NCBI RefSeq assembly: GCF_030013595.1
Contig: NZ_CP122768.1
Direction: 5' to 3' (one strand)
Length of the DNA: 64,000 nt
From: Escherichia coli
Lineage (GTDB): Bacteria > Pseudomonadota > Gammaproteobacteria > Enterobacterales > Enterobacteriaceae
Made by a program: the position numbers and the translations under genes. The first letter of the stretch is position 1; the number at the start of each line of letters is the position of its first letter. This document shows, one piece after another, positions 47,677 to 59,752 of this stretch. The notes beneath the pieces are model-generated. The model saw only the letters and a list, made by a program, of their open reading frames with translations, had not been told where the DNA came from and made no database searches.

Positions 47677-49029
47677 TTATTTCCAGATACGTAATTCATC
47701 GTCCGTTGTAACTTCTTTACTGGCTTTCATTTTCGGCAGTGAAAACGCATACCAGTCGATATTACGGGTCACAAACATCATGCCGGCCAGCGCCACCACC
47801 AGCACACTGGTTCCCAACAACAGCGCGCTATCGGCAGAGTTGAGCAGTCCCCACATCACACCATCCAGCAACAACAGCGCGAGGGTAAACAACATGCTGT
47901 TGCACCAACCTTTCAATACCGCCTGCAAATAAATACCGTTCATTATCGCCCCAATCAGACTGGCGATTATCCATGCCACGGTAAAACCGGTATGTTCAGA
48001 AAGCGCCAGCAAGAGCAAATAAAACATCACCAATGAAAGCCCCACCAGCAAATATTGCATTGGGTGTAAACGTTGCGCGGTGAGCGTTTCAAAAACAAAG
48101 AACGCCATAAAAGTCAGTGCAATCAGCAGAATGGCGTACTTAGTCGCCCGGTCAGTTAATTGGTATTGATCGGCTGGCGTCGTTACTGCGACGCTAAACG
48201 CCGGGAAGTTTTCCCAGCCGGTATCATTGCCTGAAGCAAAACGCTCACCGAGATTATTAGCAAACCAGCTGCTTTGCCAGTGCGCCTGAAAACCTGACTC
48301 GCTAACTTCCCGTTTGGCTGGTAGAAAATCACCTAAAAAACTGGGATGCGGCCAGTTGCTGGTTAAGGTCATTTCGCTATTACGCCCGCCAGGCACCACA
48401 GAAAGATCGCCGGTACCGCTTAAATTCAGGGCCATATTCAGCTTCAGGTTCTGCTTCCGCCAGTCCCCTTCAGGTAAAGGGATATGCACGCCCTGCCCGC
48501 CTTGCTCTAACCCGGTGCCGGGTTCAATGGTCAGCGCCGTTCCGTTAACTTCAGGCGCTTTCACCACACCAATACCACGCGCATCCCCGACGCTAATCAC
48601 AATAAATGGCTTGCCTAAGGTGATATTTGGCGCGTTGAGTTCGCTAAGACGCGAAACATCGAAATCGGCTTTTAGCGTTAAATCACTGTGCCAGACCTGA
48701 CCGGTATAAATCCCTATCTTGCGTTCTTCCACGTTCTGATTGCCATCAACCATCAATGACTCAGGTAACCAAAAATGGATAAAACTTCGTTTCCGCTCCA
48801 CGGTTTTATCCTCTTCCTGCACCGTATAAAGCTCGGTCACAGGAATAGCGATGAGCGGCCCAACGAGTTTTTGCGGCCCGCTGGTACTTTGGCGAATCGC
48901 ATCTTCCACATCGCTACGGTAATCAGCACGTTCGACAATCACCTGCCGAATCAGCATTATCGGAATCAACAACAGCAATACTGCACCAAACAGGGTGGTC
49001 ATTTTCCAGAACAGGGGGGATTTCAACAT
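47677..49029 (-). CDS. creD: Inner membrane protein CreD
   Basis: 450-aa membrane protein downstream of creC. Confidence 0.9.
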   Translation of the reverse strand: MLKSPLFWKMTTLFGAVLLLLIPIMLIRQVIVERADYRSDVEDAIRQSTSGPQKLVGPLIAIPVTELYTVQEEDKTVERKRSFIHFWLPESLMVDGNQNVEERKIGIYTGQVWHSDLTLKADFDVSRLSELNAPNITLGKPFIVISVGDARGIGVVKAPEVNGTALTIEPGTGLEQGGQGVHIPLPEGDWRKQNLKLNMALNLSGTGDLSVVPGGRNSEMTLTSNWPHPSFLGDFLPAKREVSESGFQAHWQSSWFANNLGERFASGNDTGWENFPAFSVAVTTPADQYQLTDRATKYAILLIALTFMAFFVFETLTAQRLHPMQYLLVGLSLVMFYLLLLALSEHTGFTVAWIIASLIGAIMNGIYLQAVLKGWCNSMLFTLALLLLDGVMWGLLNSADSALLLGTSVLVVALAGMMFVTRNIDWYAFSLPKMKASKEVTTDDELRIWK

Positions 49030-49086
49030 AGTCTTCTCCTTTGCAATGGCAGCAGGATACGAAGGCTATGTGGGAAGAATTTGAAG

Positions 49087-50511
49087 CTATGTGAAGTGAC
49101 GGTGAAGTCGAAGCGAAGCCAGCACGCCACCTTCCTGCACGTTGCGCAGCGTGACTTCGCCGTTAAACAAACGGGCGACCTCACTGACGAACGCCAACCC
49201 CAGACCGCTGCTTTTTTGCCCATTTGCACGCGGCAAAGAGTAAAAGCGTTCAAAAATACGTGAAAGCGCGTAGTCAGGAATACCACTACCGGTATCCAGC
49301 ACCTTAAGCGTGACGTGTTCCTGATCCACTTCGGCGCTTAGCGTGATGCAACCGCTCTCGGGGGTAAAATCGATGGCGTTATCCAGTAAATTCCCCAGCG
49401 CCTGATCCAGTAACGCCGGTTCAGCAGCAACATTAACCTCGGTGGGCATAACATGCAAAGTGATGTTTTTTTCTGCCAACTGCACGGTACGCGCTTCGCT
49501 GACGCGGCGAAATAATGCCGCCACATCAACAGCAGTCAGAACGACTTCCTGACGATTCTCCAGTCTTGCCTGGCATAGTAACGTTTCCACCAGCGCCTGC
49601 ATTCGCGCATTTTGCGTCAGAATGTTGTCAGTAAAACGAGCCACCACTTCCGGCGGCGGACCTTCGCGTAAAATTTCCGCCGCTCCACGAATCGCCGCCA
49701 GTGGGCTTTTTAGCTCATGAGTTAATGCGTAAACATACTGCTCAATATAGTTTTTCCCTTCCAGCTTCACGCGCATACTTTCCAGCGCCTGCGCGAGTTT
49801 ACGCAGCTCGCTACTACCGAGATCGGGGAGAGGAACGGGCTTATTGTCAGTGACGGAATCAGCATAGCGAGTGAGCCGGGCAATGGAGCGGTTGATCCAC
49901 CAAACCATGCCTGCGCCAATCACCAGTGCAATCCCCAACAAAATGGCGCTGGCCCATAAAATTCGCCGCTCGCTGCGCTTAATGACCGGAGCCATCGCCG
50001 CGTTCGGTTTGCCTACGCTCAAAACGCCAATAAGCCGCGAGCCGTCCATAATCGGCGCGGCAACATACATCACCGAACTTTCGGGATCGGCAGGATTTTG
50101 CAACGTGCTGCGCGCACCATACTGACCACGCAACGTTAGCCAGACGTCATTCCAGCGCGAATAATCCTGTCCAACGGCTTTATTTGCCGAATCGAACAAT
50201 ACTTTGCCCTGCGCATCGGTCATATAGACATGATATTCATTGCGCACTTTGTTAATGCCACCGATATTGGCGCGAAACGGGCGATGTTGTAGCTGATTAA
50301 ACGCCTGCGCCAGTTGCCCATGCGTTGTGTCCCCAGAGAGCAAATCGGGACGCGCCAGCTCCGCCAGCAACGTTGCGGTGTCGATCAACGTCCCCTCCGT
50401 TGCTCTTCGCACGCCCGGTTTAACTTCTTTGACAAAAATAGCCAGTACGAACCAGGCCGCCACCGCCACCAGTAAAAAATAGCCCAGCAGCAACCGCATG
50501 CCGATACGCAT
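49087..50511 (-). CDS. creC: Sensor histidine kinase CreC
   Basis: 474 aa; H-box (LTHELKSPLAAIRGAAEIL) and ATPase motifs. Confidence 0.9.
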   Translation of the reverse strand: MRIGMRLLLGYFLLVAVAAWFVLAIFVKEVKPGVRRATEGTLIDTATLLAELARPDLLSGDTTHGQLAQAFNQLQHRPFRANIGGINKVRNEYHVYMTDAQGKVLFDSANKAVGQDYSRWNDVWLTLRGQYGARSTLQNPADPESSVMYVAAPIMDGSRLIGVLSVGKPNAAMAPVIKRSERRILWASAILLGIALVIGAGMVWWINRSIARLTRYADSVTDNKPVPLPDLGSSELRKLAQALESMRVKLEGKNYIEQYVYALTHELKSPLAAIRGAAEILREGPPPEVVARFTDNILTQNARMQALVETLLCQARLENRQEVVLTAVDVAALFRRVSEARTVQLAEKNITLHVMPTEVNVAAEPALLDQALGNLLDNAIDFTPESGCITLSAEVDQEHVTLKVLDTGSGIPDYALSRIFERFYSLPRANGQKSSGLGLAFVSEVARLFNGEVTLRNVQEGGVLASLRLHRHFT

Positions 50512-51200
50512 TACAGGCCCCTCAGGCTATATCCCATGCCGCGATGAGTATTAATCGGTGAAAGATCGGGGTTGATGGCGCGCAGCTTGGCACGCAGCGT
50601 TTTAATGTGGGTATCGACGGTGCGATCGTAGGTGTCCTGCGCATCTTCCCACACGCTATCCATCAGTTGCTGGCGGGACCAGACGCGGCCCGGTGACTTG
50701 AGTAACGTCTTCAACAATAAAAACTCATACCGAGTCAGCGCTAATGGCGTGTCAAACCAGCTGATCTGCGCCGCGGGTTCATTCAATTCAAAATGTCCAA
50801 TACGGATGACGGGAGACGGCGTCGAGAACTTCTTCACCCGACGCAGTAAGGTGCGCACCCTGGCGCACACTTCGCGGGGTGAAAACGGTTTAGCCACATA
50901 GTCGTCAGCGCCAATTTCCAGCCCAAGCAGGCGATCGACCTCTTCACTTCGGGCCGTCAGGAACAGTACAGGTAACGCCGGATGGAGCGCCAGTAACTGG
51001 CGGCACAATTCAAAGCCGCTAATATCCGGCAGACCAACATCGAGAATCATGACGTCGGGTACCTGCTGGCGAGCTTTATCCAGCACCGGCAAGCCTCGCT
51101 CAAAGACCTCGACGGCAAAACCTTCCTGCTGCAACATGTAGACCAGCGTGTCGGCTATCCCTTGCTCATCTTCCACTAACCAGACCGTTTCCCGTTGCAT
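50511..51200 (-). CDS. creB: Response regulator CreB
   Basis: 229-aa OmpR-family regulator; stop overlaps the creC start. Confidence 0.9.
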   Translation of the reverse strand: MQRETVWLVEDEQGIADTLVYMLQQEGFAVEVFERGLPVLDKARQQVPDVMILDVGLPDISGFELCRQLLALHPALPVLFLTARSEEVDRLLGLEIGADDYVAKPFSPREVCARVRTLLRRVKKFSTPSPVIRIGHFELNEPAAQISWFDTPLALTRYEFLLLKTLLKSPGRVWSRQQLMDSVWEDAQDTYDRTVDTHIKTLRAKLRAINPDLSPINTHRGMGYSLRGL

Positions 51201-51212
51201 AAATCGCCTCTG

Positions 51213-51686
51213 TTATTGCCGCCACGGCATGACAGGAACCGCGCTAATCGCGTTTTTCGGCGAACCTTCTACAACTTTGTCGGAGTAAGCCAGATAAGCG
51301 AGCGCGTTGCGTTTGGCATCATAAAAGCGCACGACCTGTAACGACTTAAAGACCAGGGACGTGCGTTTTTTGAATACTACCTCGCCCTGAGCTTTGCCGT
51401 TTTTAATACGATCCGACAGTTCAATCGGCCCGACTTGCTGACAAGAAATGGCCGCATCGGAGGTATCTTCTGCCAGGCCCAATCCCCCTTTAATACCACC
51501 GGTTTTCGCCCGGCTCACATAACAGGTGACATTTTTCACATCGGGATCGTCAAAGGCTTCCACAACAATTTTGTGATCCGGGCCGATCATTTTAAATACG
51601 GTGTCGACCGAACCAATCTCTTCTGCATGAGCCAATGGCCCCAGCATTATCAGGCTTAAAGACAGGATCAAATGCTTGTATTTCAT
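51213..51686 (-). CDS. creA: Periplasmic protein CreA
   Basis: 157 aa with signal peptide; first gene of creABCD. Confidence 0.85.
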
Positions 51687-51896
51687 ATTGTTACCATTTT
51701 TATCTATTACACGAGCAATTAGTTCGTCACGGTAAATAACATATTGATTAAGAACAAAATCTCAATACTTTTATTTCCGTCAAGTCCTAAAACATACTCT
51801 ACTAAGAAAAAAACACTGAATGCTAAAACAGCAAAAAATGCTATTATCCAATTACCTGATGTCAGGTGCTCGTTGTTGAAAGGATGAGGATATTTT

Positions 51897-52766
51897 ATGG
51901 ATCAGGCCGGCATTATTCGCGACCTTTTAATCTGGCTGGAAGGTCATCTGGATCAGCCCCTGTCGCTCGACAATGTAGCGGCGAAAGCAGGTTATTCCAA
52001 GTGGCACTTACAGAGAATGTTTAAAGATGTCACTGGCCATGCTATTGGCGCGTATATTCGTGCTCGTCGTTTGTCGAAATCGGCGGTCGCACTACGCCTG
52101 ACTGCGCGTCCGATTCTGGACATCGCGCTGCAATACCGCTTCGACTCTCAACAGACATTTACCCGCGCATTCAAGAAGCAGTTTGCCCAGACTCCTGCAC
52201 TTTACCGCCGTTCTCCTGAATGGAGCGCCTTTGGTATTCGCCCGCCGCTACGCCTGGGTGAATTCACTATGCCAGAGCACAAATTTGTCACCCTGGAAGA
52301 TACGCCGCTGATTGGTGTTACCCAGAGCTACTCCTGTTCGCTGGAGCAAATCTCTGATTTCCGCCATGAAATGCGTTATCAGTTCTGGCACGATTTTCTC
52401 GGCAACGCGCCGACCATTCCGCCGGTGCTCTACGGCCTGAATGAAACGCGTCCGAGTCAGGATAAAGACGACGAACAAGAAGTATTCTATACCACCGCGT
52501 TAGCCCAGGATCAGGCAGATGGCTATGTACTGACGGGGCATCCGGTGATGCTGCAGGGCGGCGAATATGTGATGTTTACCTATGAAGGTCTGGGAACCGG
52601 CGTGCAGGAGTTTATCCTGACGGTATACGGAACGTGTATGCCAATGCTCAACCTGACGCGCCGTAAAGGTCAGGATATTGAGCGATACTACCCGGCAGAA
52701 GATGCCAAAGCGGGAGATCGCCCAATTAATCTGCGCTGTGAACTGCTGATTCCGATCCGTCGTTAA
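51897..52766 (+). CDS. rob: AraC-family transcriptional regulator Rob (right origin-binding protein)
   Basis: 289-aa MDQAGIIRDLLIWLEGHLDQPLSLDNVAAKAGYSKWHLQRMFKD... Confidence 0.9.
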   Translation: MDQAGIIRDLLIWLEGHLDQPLSLDNVAAKAGYSKWHLQRMFKDVTGHAIGAYIRARRLSKSAVALRLTARPILDIALQYRFDSQQTFTRAFKKQFAQTPALYRRSPEWSAFGIRPPLRLGEFTMPEHKFVTLEDTPLIGVTQSYSCSLEQISDFRHEMRYQFWHDFLGNAPTIPPVLYGLNETRPSQDKDDEQEVFYTTALAQDQADGYVLTGHPVMLQGGEYVMFTYEGLGTGVQEFILTVYGTCMPMLNLTRRKGQDIERYYPAEDAKAGDRPINLRCELLIPIRR

Positions 52767-53410
52767 CGCTGCAGCTCATCTAATGCAGGGGCGTCCAGAT
52801 GCGAGATGTCCCCTGCGGTTTCAACGACCCAACCAGACGCCAGCCACAGGCTTTCCTGATAATCCACGCGCGAAATAGAACAGTTACGCAGACGTAAGCG
52901 ACGCTCTGCCCATGCTGGTAATCCGAGAATCGTACTCACCAGGCATCCCAGTGCAATACCGTGGCTCACCAGCAGCGGTCGGCTTCCCTGCGGTAAGTCC
53001 CGGCAAGATTCCAGTGCCGCATTGACGCGATCGCTGAGCTCCTGCATTGACTCGCCTTCAGGAATACGCCCGTCAACGGTGCCATTGACCAGCTGCCGAC
53101 GCCAGTTCTCTTCTTCTTCGGTCAGAGAATCGATATGTCTTTTTTCCAGCACACCCATGTTTAATTCACGCAGGCGAGAATCAAAGATGATGTCACAGCC
53201 GCAGGCCTGGGCGATGATTTCCGCCGTACGCCGGGTGCGTCCTAAATCGCTACTGATGATATGCGTAATGCCAAGCTCTTTGGCACGGGTTGCCACCTGC
53301 ATCGCCTGTTGCTCACCTTTGGCGGTCAGCGGGCTGTCAGACTGGCCCTGAATACGTCGCTCGGCGTTCCACTGCGTTTCACCGTGGCGGACTAGGTATA
53401 CCTGTAACAT
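52763..53410 (-). CDS. gpmB: Probable phosphoglycerate mutase GpmB
   Basis: 215-aa MLQVYLVRHGETQWNAERRIQGQSDSPL... Confidence 0.9.
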   Translation of the reverse strand: MLQVYLVRHGETQWNAERRIQGQSDSPLTAKGEQQAMQVATRAKELGITHIISSDLGRTRRTAEIIAQACGCDIIFDSRLRELNMGVLEKRHIDSLTEEEENWRRQLVNGTVDGRIPEGESMQELSDRVNAALESCRDLPQGSRPLLVSHGIALGCLVSTILGLPAWAERRLRLRNCSISRVDYQESLWLASGWVVETAGDISHLDAPALDELQR

Positions 53411-53449
53411 GCTTTTTTTCCGTATACTGCTGTAACGTTAATTTTCTGA

Positions 53450-54312
<863 letters not shown>

Positions 54313-54386
54313 TTAGCGGGGGAAGCAAAATGCCTCCCCCGGTTGTACTCGCTAAAGAGTACGATAGCATATCATAAACGTGCGGA

Positions 54387-56324
54387 TCAGTAACGACGTC
54401 CCCATTCCGTGGCGCTCATCAATGTCGGTTTATCCCCCATGAAATAGCGGTAGTAAGCGTCATAAGCCAGCACGTTCTTCACATAACCGCGCGTCTCGGA
54501 AAACGGAATACTCTCGACGAATGCCACTGCGTCGATACGCCCGGCGCTGTTGCCAAGCCAGGTTCGCACCCGCCCTGGTCCGGCGTTATAAGCTGCTGAG
54601 GAGAAAATACGGTTATTACCAAACTGCTGATAAACATATTGCAGGTAACTGGTGCCAATGTTGATATTCGTTTCCGGATCCAGCAATTGCCCAGGGCTGC
54701 TATAACCAGGAATAGAGAACATCTTCACCGTATGGGTCGCCGTGCCCGGCATAATCTGCATCAGGCCGCTGGCCCCTACCGGTGATTTCACTTTCGGATT
54801 CCAGGCGCTCTCCTGACGGGCAATCGCCATCGCATAGCTTTGCGGGATCTCCTTCCCACTGGTGTAACGTTTGAAAAGATCGTTGTAAGCCAGCGGGAAT
54901 CGCTCTTCCAGATGATCCCAAAGCTTCCCGGCGATCGTTGCCTGAACGCTAAGATCCCACCATTGGTTGTTGAAAGCATACCGCGCCAGTTGAGCTTGCT
55001 CTGTTTTTGACTTGCTCTTCACCAGATTGGCCCACTCGCTACGCGCGGTGTTATCGAGATTCCAGTACATCAACTCGCGCACGCGCGCCATCTCCGGCCC
55101 CTGAGTCAGCGTGCTGTCAACATTCTGCGGCGCTTTATCAATCTTCAGCTCATACTCTTCTCCGATGCGTTGTGCTGCAACCATCGGGTAGAAACCACGC
55201 TGTTGCATGAGTTGATGCAAAATCTCTTTTGCTTCAGCTTCACGTCCGCGTTCCAGCAGTAAATCCGCCTGCCAGTAACGCCATTCATCTTTCTCTTTCG
55301 CCTCCATCGGCAAACGCGCCAGCCAGGTATTCAGGCCGCGACGATCGCCGGTGCCAAGCGCCATTCGCACGCGCCGTTCAATAAGCGAAGTAGATTGCGA
55401 ACGCATAATGGCGTCATCGCGCCATTTCGCCTGCTCATCGGTGACATCATTGCCCATCAAACGCCAGGCGACGATATCGCGCAGCTCCTGAATCTGATCT
55501 TCATTAAGCTGCTGCGCCTGGGCAAGCGACGGGATCATCAGCCGTGCATTTTCAGCATCCTGCCGCGCCACACTGGCAAACGCCACCGCCGCCATTTGAC
55601 GGGTAAAATCGGTCGCTCCGGTTGTACGCGCGAAGGTCAGTACCGTATTAGGGTTGTTCGCCAGTGAAATGATTGCCGAGGCGATAGTCTGGTAATCGGC
55701 AGGCATCTGCCCTGCCAGCACTGTTACCAGGCCAGTGTTACCCGCTTTCATCGCCAGACGGATACGCTCTAAATACGCCAGCGGATCTTGTTTACCTGAC
55801 GCACGCCAGACGCTAAATAACTTGTCACAGGCGTTAGGCTGGCTCTTGCCGGTTAGCCACAGCTCTTTCGCCCCTTGCCAGGCTTCTTCACTCTGCCCGG
55901 TGTTCCATTTCGCATAGTAGTAATTACATTGTGCTTCGGTAGTTCCGGGCTTTTCCGGGCTAAAGGCTAACAAGCCACGCCAGTCTTCACGCCGCGCCAG
56001 TTCATTGACGAAACGAGATTGCAGCGTGCGAGCGGGAGGAAGCGTGGGGTTAGCGCGAACAAAGTTAGTGACCGTCACCGCCGGTTGATTCATCAGGTCA
56101 TCGGTGATCTGGCGGTATTCCAGGTAGGGATAAAGCGGATAATCCTTCAGTCCAGGCATCATTTGTTCGACCACATCCATTTGTCGATTATCCCAGGCCT
56201 GCTTGATTTGGGCGTAGCGGCTACGCTGCTCATCCAGTGAGTCGGCTCGCGCCACGCTGCTGACCGTCAGCAGACAGACACCGGCAGCCAACAGCCGCCA
56301 GGTAACTTGTTTGGCTTTTTCCAC
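54387..56324 (-). CDS. slt: Soluble lytic murein transglycosylase Slt70
   Basis: 645 aa from GTG start (minus strand) ...EKAKQVTWRLLAAGVCLLTVSSVARA signal peptide; C-terminal lysozyme-like domain. Confidence 0.85.
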   Translation of the reverse strand: MEKAKQVTWRLLAAGVCLLTVSSVARADSLDEQRSRYAQIKQAWDNRQMDVVEQMMPGLKDYPLYPYLEYRQITDDLMNQPAVTVTNFVRANPTLPPARTLQSRFVNELARREDWRGLLAFSPEKPGTTEAQCNYYYAKWNTGQSEEAWQGAKELWLTGKSQPNACDKLFSVWRASGKQDPLAYLERIRLAMKAGNTGLVTVLAGQMPADYQTIASAIISLANNPNTVLTFARTTGATDFTRQMAAVAFASVARQDAENARLMIPSLAQAQQLNEDQIQELRDIVAWRLMGNDVTDEQAKWRDDAIMRSQSTSLIERRVRMALGTGDRRGLNTWLARLPMEAKEKDEWRYWQADLLLERGREAEAKEILHQLMQQRGFYPMVAAQRIGEEYELKIDKAPQNVDSTLTQGPEMARVRELMYWNLDNTARSEWANLVKSKSKTEQAQLARYAFNNQWWDLSVQATIAGKLWDHLEERFPLAYNDLFKRYTSGKEIPQSYAMAIARQESAWNPKVKSPVGASGLMQIMPGTATHTVKMFSIPGYSSPGQLLDPETNINIGTSYLQYVYQQFGNNRIFSSAAYNAGPGRVRTWLGNSAGRIDAVAFVESIPFSETRGYVKNVLAYDAYYRYFMGDKPTLMSATEWGRRY

Positions 56325-56534
56325 AAGCGCATCCTCTAAGTGTAAATACATCAATGCAGCGTCATGCCGCGTAATAGATTTATGCTAACCAGTCATTGCC
56401 GTTTACGCCACGTTACGGACACTTTTTTACTTTTACTGCGAGGGTGATCGACCGGCTGGGATTAGGCGGGGAAAAAGGCTACACTTCGCCTTTGAAAACT
56501 CATCATCACGATAAACATAGAGGCGAAGTCCAAC

Positions 56535-58202
56535 GTGGCTCAATTCGTTTATACCATGCATCGTGTCGGCAAAGTTGTTCCGCCGAAACGTCATATTTTG
56601 AAAAACATCTCTCTGAGTTTCTTCCCTGGGGCAAAAATTGGTGTCCTGGGTCTGAACGGCGCGGGTAAGTCCACCCTGCTGCGCATTATGGCGGGCATTG
56701 ATAAAGACATCGAAGGCGAAGCGCGTCCGCAACCGGATATCAAGATTGGTTATCTGCCGCAGGAACCGCAGCTGAACCCGGAACACACCGTGCGTGAGTC
56801 CATTGAAGAAGCGGTTTCTGAAGTGGTTAACGCCCTGAAACGCCTGGATGAAGTGTATGCGCTGTACGCCGATCCGGATGCCGATTTTGACAAGCTGGCC
56901 GCTGAACAAGGCCGTCTGGAAGAGATCATTCAGGCTCACGACGGTCACAACCTGAACGTTCAGCTGGAGCGTGCGGCGGATGCGCTGCGTCTGCCGGACT
57001 GGGACGCGAAAATCGCTAACCTCTCCGGTGGTGAGCGTCGTCGCGTGGCGTTGTGCCGCCTGCTGCTGGAAAAACCAGACATGCTGCTGCTCGACGAACC
57101 GACGAACCACCTGGATGCCGAATCCGTGGCGTGGCTGGAACGCTTCCTGCACGACTTCGAAGGCACTGTTGTGGCGATTACCCACGACCGTTACTTCCTC
57201 GATAACGTGGCGGGCTGGATCCTCGAACTGGACCGTGGTGAAGGTATTCCGTGGGAAGGTAACTACTCCTCCTGGCTGGAGCAGAAAGATCAACGTCTGG
57301 CGCAGGAAGCTTCACAAGAAGCTGCGCGTCGTAAGTCGATTGAGAAAGAGCTGGAGTGGGTACGTCAGGGGACTAAAGGCCGTCAGTCGAAAGGTAAAGC
57401 ACGTCTGGCGCGTTTTGAAGAGCTGAACAGCACCGAATATCAGAAACGTAACGAAACCAACGAACTGTTTATTCCACCGGGACCGCGTCTTGGCGATAAA
57501 GTGCTGGAAGTCAACAACCTGCGTAAATCCTATGGCGATCGTCTGCTGATTGATGACCTGAGCTTCTCGATCCCGAAAGGAGCGATCGTCGGGATCATCG
57601 GTCCGAACGGTGCGGGTAAATCGACGCTGTTCCGTATGATCTCTGGTCAGGAACAGCCGGACAGCGGCGCCATCACTTTGGGTGAAACGGTGAAACTGGC
57701 ATCGGTTGATCAGTTCCGTGACTCAATGGATAACAGCAAAACCGTTTGGGAAGAAGTTTCCGGCGGGCTGGATATCATGAAGATCGGCAACACCGAGATG
57801 CCAAGCCGTGCCTACGTTGGCCGCTTTAACTTTAAAGGGGTTGATCAGGGTAAACGCGTTGGCGAACTCTCCGGCGGTGAGCGCGGTCGTCTGCATCTGG
57901 CGAAGCTGCTGCAAGTTGGCGGCAACATGCTGCTGCTCGACGAACCGACCAACGACCTGGATATCGAAACCCTGCGTGCGCTGGAAAACGCCCTGCTGGA
58001 GTTCCCGGGCTGCGCGATGGTTATCTCGCACGACCGTTGGTTCCTCGACCGTATCGCCACGCACATCCTGGACTACCAGGATGAAGGTAAAGTTGAGTTC
58101 TTCGAAGGTAACTTTACCGAGTACGAAGAGTACAAGAAACGCACGCTGGGCGCAGACGCGCTGGAGCCGAAGCGTATCAAGTACAAGCGTATTGCGAAGT
58201 AA
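56535..58202 (+). CDS. ettA: Energy-dependent translational throttle protein EttA (ABC-F ATPase)
   Basis: 555 aa with two ABC cassettes (Walker A GLNGAGKST / GPNGAGKST; signature LSGGERRR / LSGGERGR). Confidence 0.95.
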   Translation: MAQFVYTMHRVGKVVPPKRHILKNISLSFFPGAKIGVLGLNGAGKSTLLRIMAGIDKDIEGEARPQPDIKIGYLPQEPQLNPEHTVRESIEEAVSEVVNALKRLDEVYALYADPDADFDKLAAEQGRLEEIIQAHDGHNLNVQLERAADALRLPDWDAKIANLSGGERRRVALCRLLLEKPDMLLLDEPTNHLDAESVAWLERFLHDFEGTVVAITHDRYFLDNVAGWILELDRGEGIPWEGNYSSWLEQKDQRLAQEASQEAARRKSIEKELEWVRQGTKGRQSKGKARLARFEELNSTEYQKRNETNELFIPPGPRLGDKVLEVNNLRKSYGDRLLIDDLSFSIPKGAIVGIIGPNGAGKSTLFRMISGQEQPDSGAITLGETVKLASVDQFRDSMDNSKTVWEEVSGGLDIMKIGNTEMPSRAYVGRFNFKGVDQGKRVGELSGGERGRLHLAKLLQVGGNMLLLDEPTNDLDIETLRALENALLEFPGCAMVISHDRWFLDRIATHILDYQDEGKVEFFEGNFTEYEEYKKRTLGADALEPKRIKYKRIAK

Positions 58203-58211
58203 TGCGTAAAA

Positions 58212-58362
58212 TGCCGGATGCGGCGTGAACGCCTTATCCGGCCTACAAACCAAGAAATTTCAATACGTTGTGAATCTCCAGGCCTGATAAGACGCGGTAA
58301 GCGTCGCATCAGGCATTGAGCACCGAATGCCGGATACGGCGTGAACGCCTTTTCCGGCCTAC
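58212..58362. repeat. BIME / REP cluster (three palindromic units) in ettA-nadR intergenic region
   Basis: GCCGGATGCGGCGTGAACGCCTTATCCGGCCTAC, an inverted central unit, and GCCGGATACGGCGTGAACGCCTTTTCCGGCCTAC. Confidence 0.65.
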
Positions 58363-58499
58363 AACAGCCTTAGCATCTGCAATTTCGTAGCGGGTCACCC
58401 GTGCAGGTTCTTTCTAATCTCAACAGCCTCTTCCAGAGAGTTTTTCAACTCATCAAAAAAACTCAATTTATACCTCGCCTTTGAACCGTTTCATCACGG

Positions 58500-59732
58500 T
58501 TATCTCTGCTCCCCCATCATCTCCCGCACAAGTTCCACGCAGCGCAGGAAACGGCTGTCATAATCGTCCTCTTCAACACGCACGAATTCGATATTGTTCT
58601 CTTCCAGCATCTCCACCAGCAAGTTCTGGAACTCTTTGCGATCCACCGAACTGCCGAGGCTGCGTAAACCATCCGCCACCCACGGCGTGTTGTTCTCCAG
58701 CAAGATAACCAGATCAAAACGGTATTCATCGATCAGCGCCTGCACGAACGGATGCTCCCGCCCTTCGTACTTTTTGCAGAACGCCTGGGTAGTGACAAAA
58801 TCAGTGTCGATAAACGCCACTTTATTGGCATATTTCACTGCAAAATCAATGTATTGAGCGTGTCCCAGCGCGATTTTATCGTAGTCGGAATACTGCAATG
58901 CGATCTCATCACCGCCAAGGTGTGAAAAGACATAATCGCGACCATATTCCCATGCACTGGTAGTGTTGAAGATATTAGCAAGTTTGTTTACCAGGGTGGA
59001 TTTACCGCTCGACTCGCCGCCAAGGATCGCCACGGTACGCACAAAGAACGGCTTCACTTCGGTGGGAATATATTCCCAATAGCGGAACGGGTTTTCGCGG
59101 ATCTGCGCACCGCTGATACTCATAAAGGTACGCTTCGGATCGACCAGCACCGTCTCGATCCCCAGATGTTCCATATACTGTGGCGCATCGGCTTCTTCCG
59201 AGGTGTAGATCAGGTCCGGCTGGATCCCCTTTTCAGCCATAAACTTTTTGATGCCATTGCTCCACACATCCCAGCCGTGCGGATACGGCTCCATGCCCTC
59301 TTCGTTGAAAGCATGAATACGGATATTTTTCTGATATTTAAAGGTTTGCAATAACCAGCGCAGACGATCCGGCACCGTGGGCTGCTGCGACATGGCGCTG
59401 TCTTCAAACAACGCGCGGTCGCGGGTATCGTCAAAACCCATAATGATATGCAACTCGTCAACCTGGCTACAGGCGCGCTGGATAAGGTAGATATGTCCGG
59501 TATGCAACGGGTAGAACTTACCGAATACCACGCCAATGGTTTTCTTTTGGCGGGGAAACTCAAGCCCCAAAAAACGGTGCAATGCCTCCAGTTTTTGCGC
59601 GCTGGGGCTTTTAATTTTGGCATTCAGTAACTGGCTTAAATACCCTTTGGTCATACCGCTGGCATCAGCTACCTGCTGTAGCGTGCAGCCCTGTTGCTTA
59701 ATGGCAGTTTTCAGGTAATCAAATGACGACAT
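58500..59732 (-). CDS. nadR: Trifunctional NAD biosynthesis/regulator protein NadR
   Basis: 410 aa from MSSFDYLKTAIKQQGCTLQQVADASGMTKGYLSQLL (HTH) with NMN adenylyltransferase and ribosylnicotinamide kinase regions. Confidence 0.9.
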   Translation of the reverse strand: MSSFDYLKTAIKQQGCTLQQVADASGMTKGYLSQLLNAKIKSPSAQKLEALHRFLGLEFPRQKKTIGVVFGKFYPLHTGHIYLIQRACSQVDELHIIMGFDDTRDRALFEDSAMSQQPTVPDRLRWLLQTFKYQKNIRIHAFNEEGMEPYPHGWDVWSNGIKKFMAEKGIQPDLIYTSEEADAPQYMEHLGIETVLVDPKRTFMSISGAQIRENPFRYWEYIPTEVKPFFVRTVAILGGESSGKSTLVNKLANIFNTTSAWEYGRDYVFSHLGGDEIALQYSDYDKIALGHAQYIDFAVKYANKVAFIDTDFVTTQAFCKKYEGREHPFVQALIDEYRFDLVILLENNTPWVADGLRSLGSSVDRKEFQNLLVEMLEENNIEFVRVEEDDYDSRFLRCVELVREMMGEQR

Positions 59733-59752
59733 ATCTCCCTCCGTATCTCTCA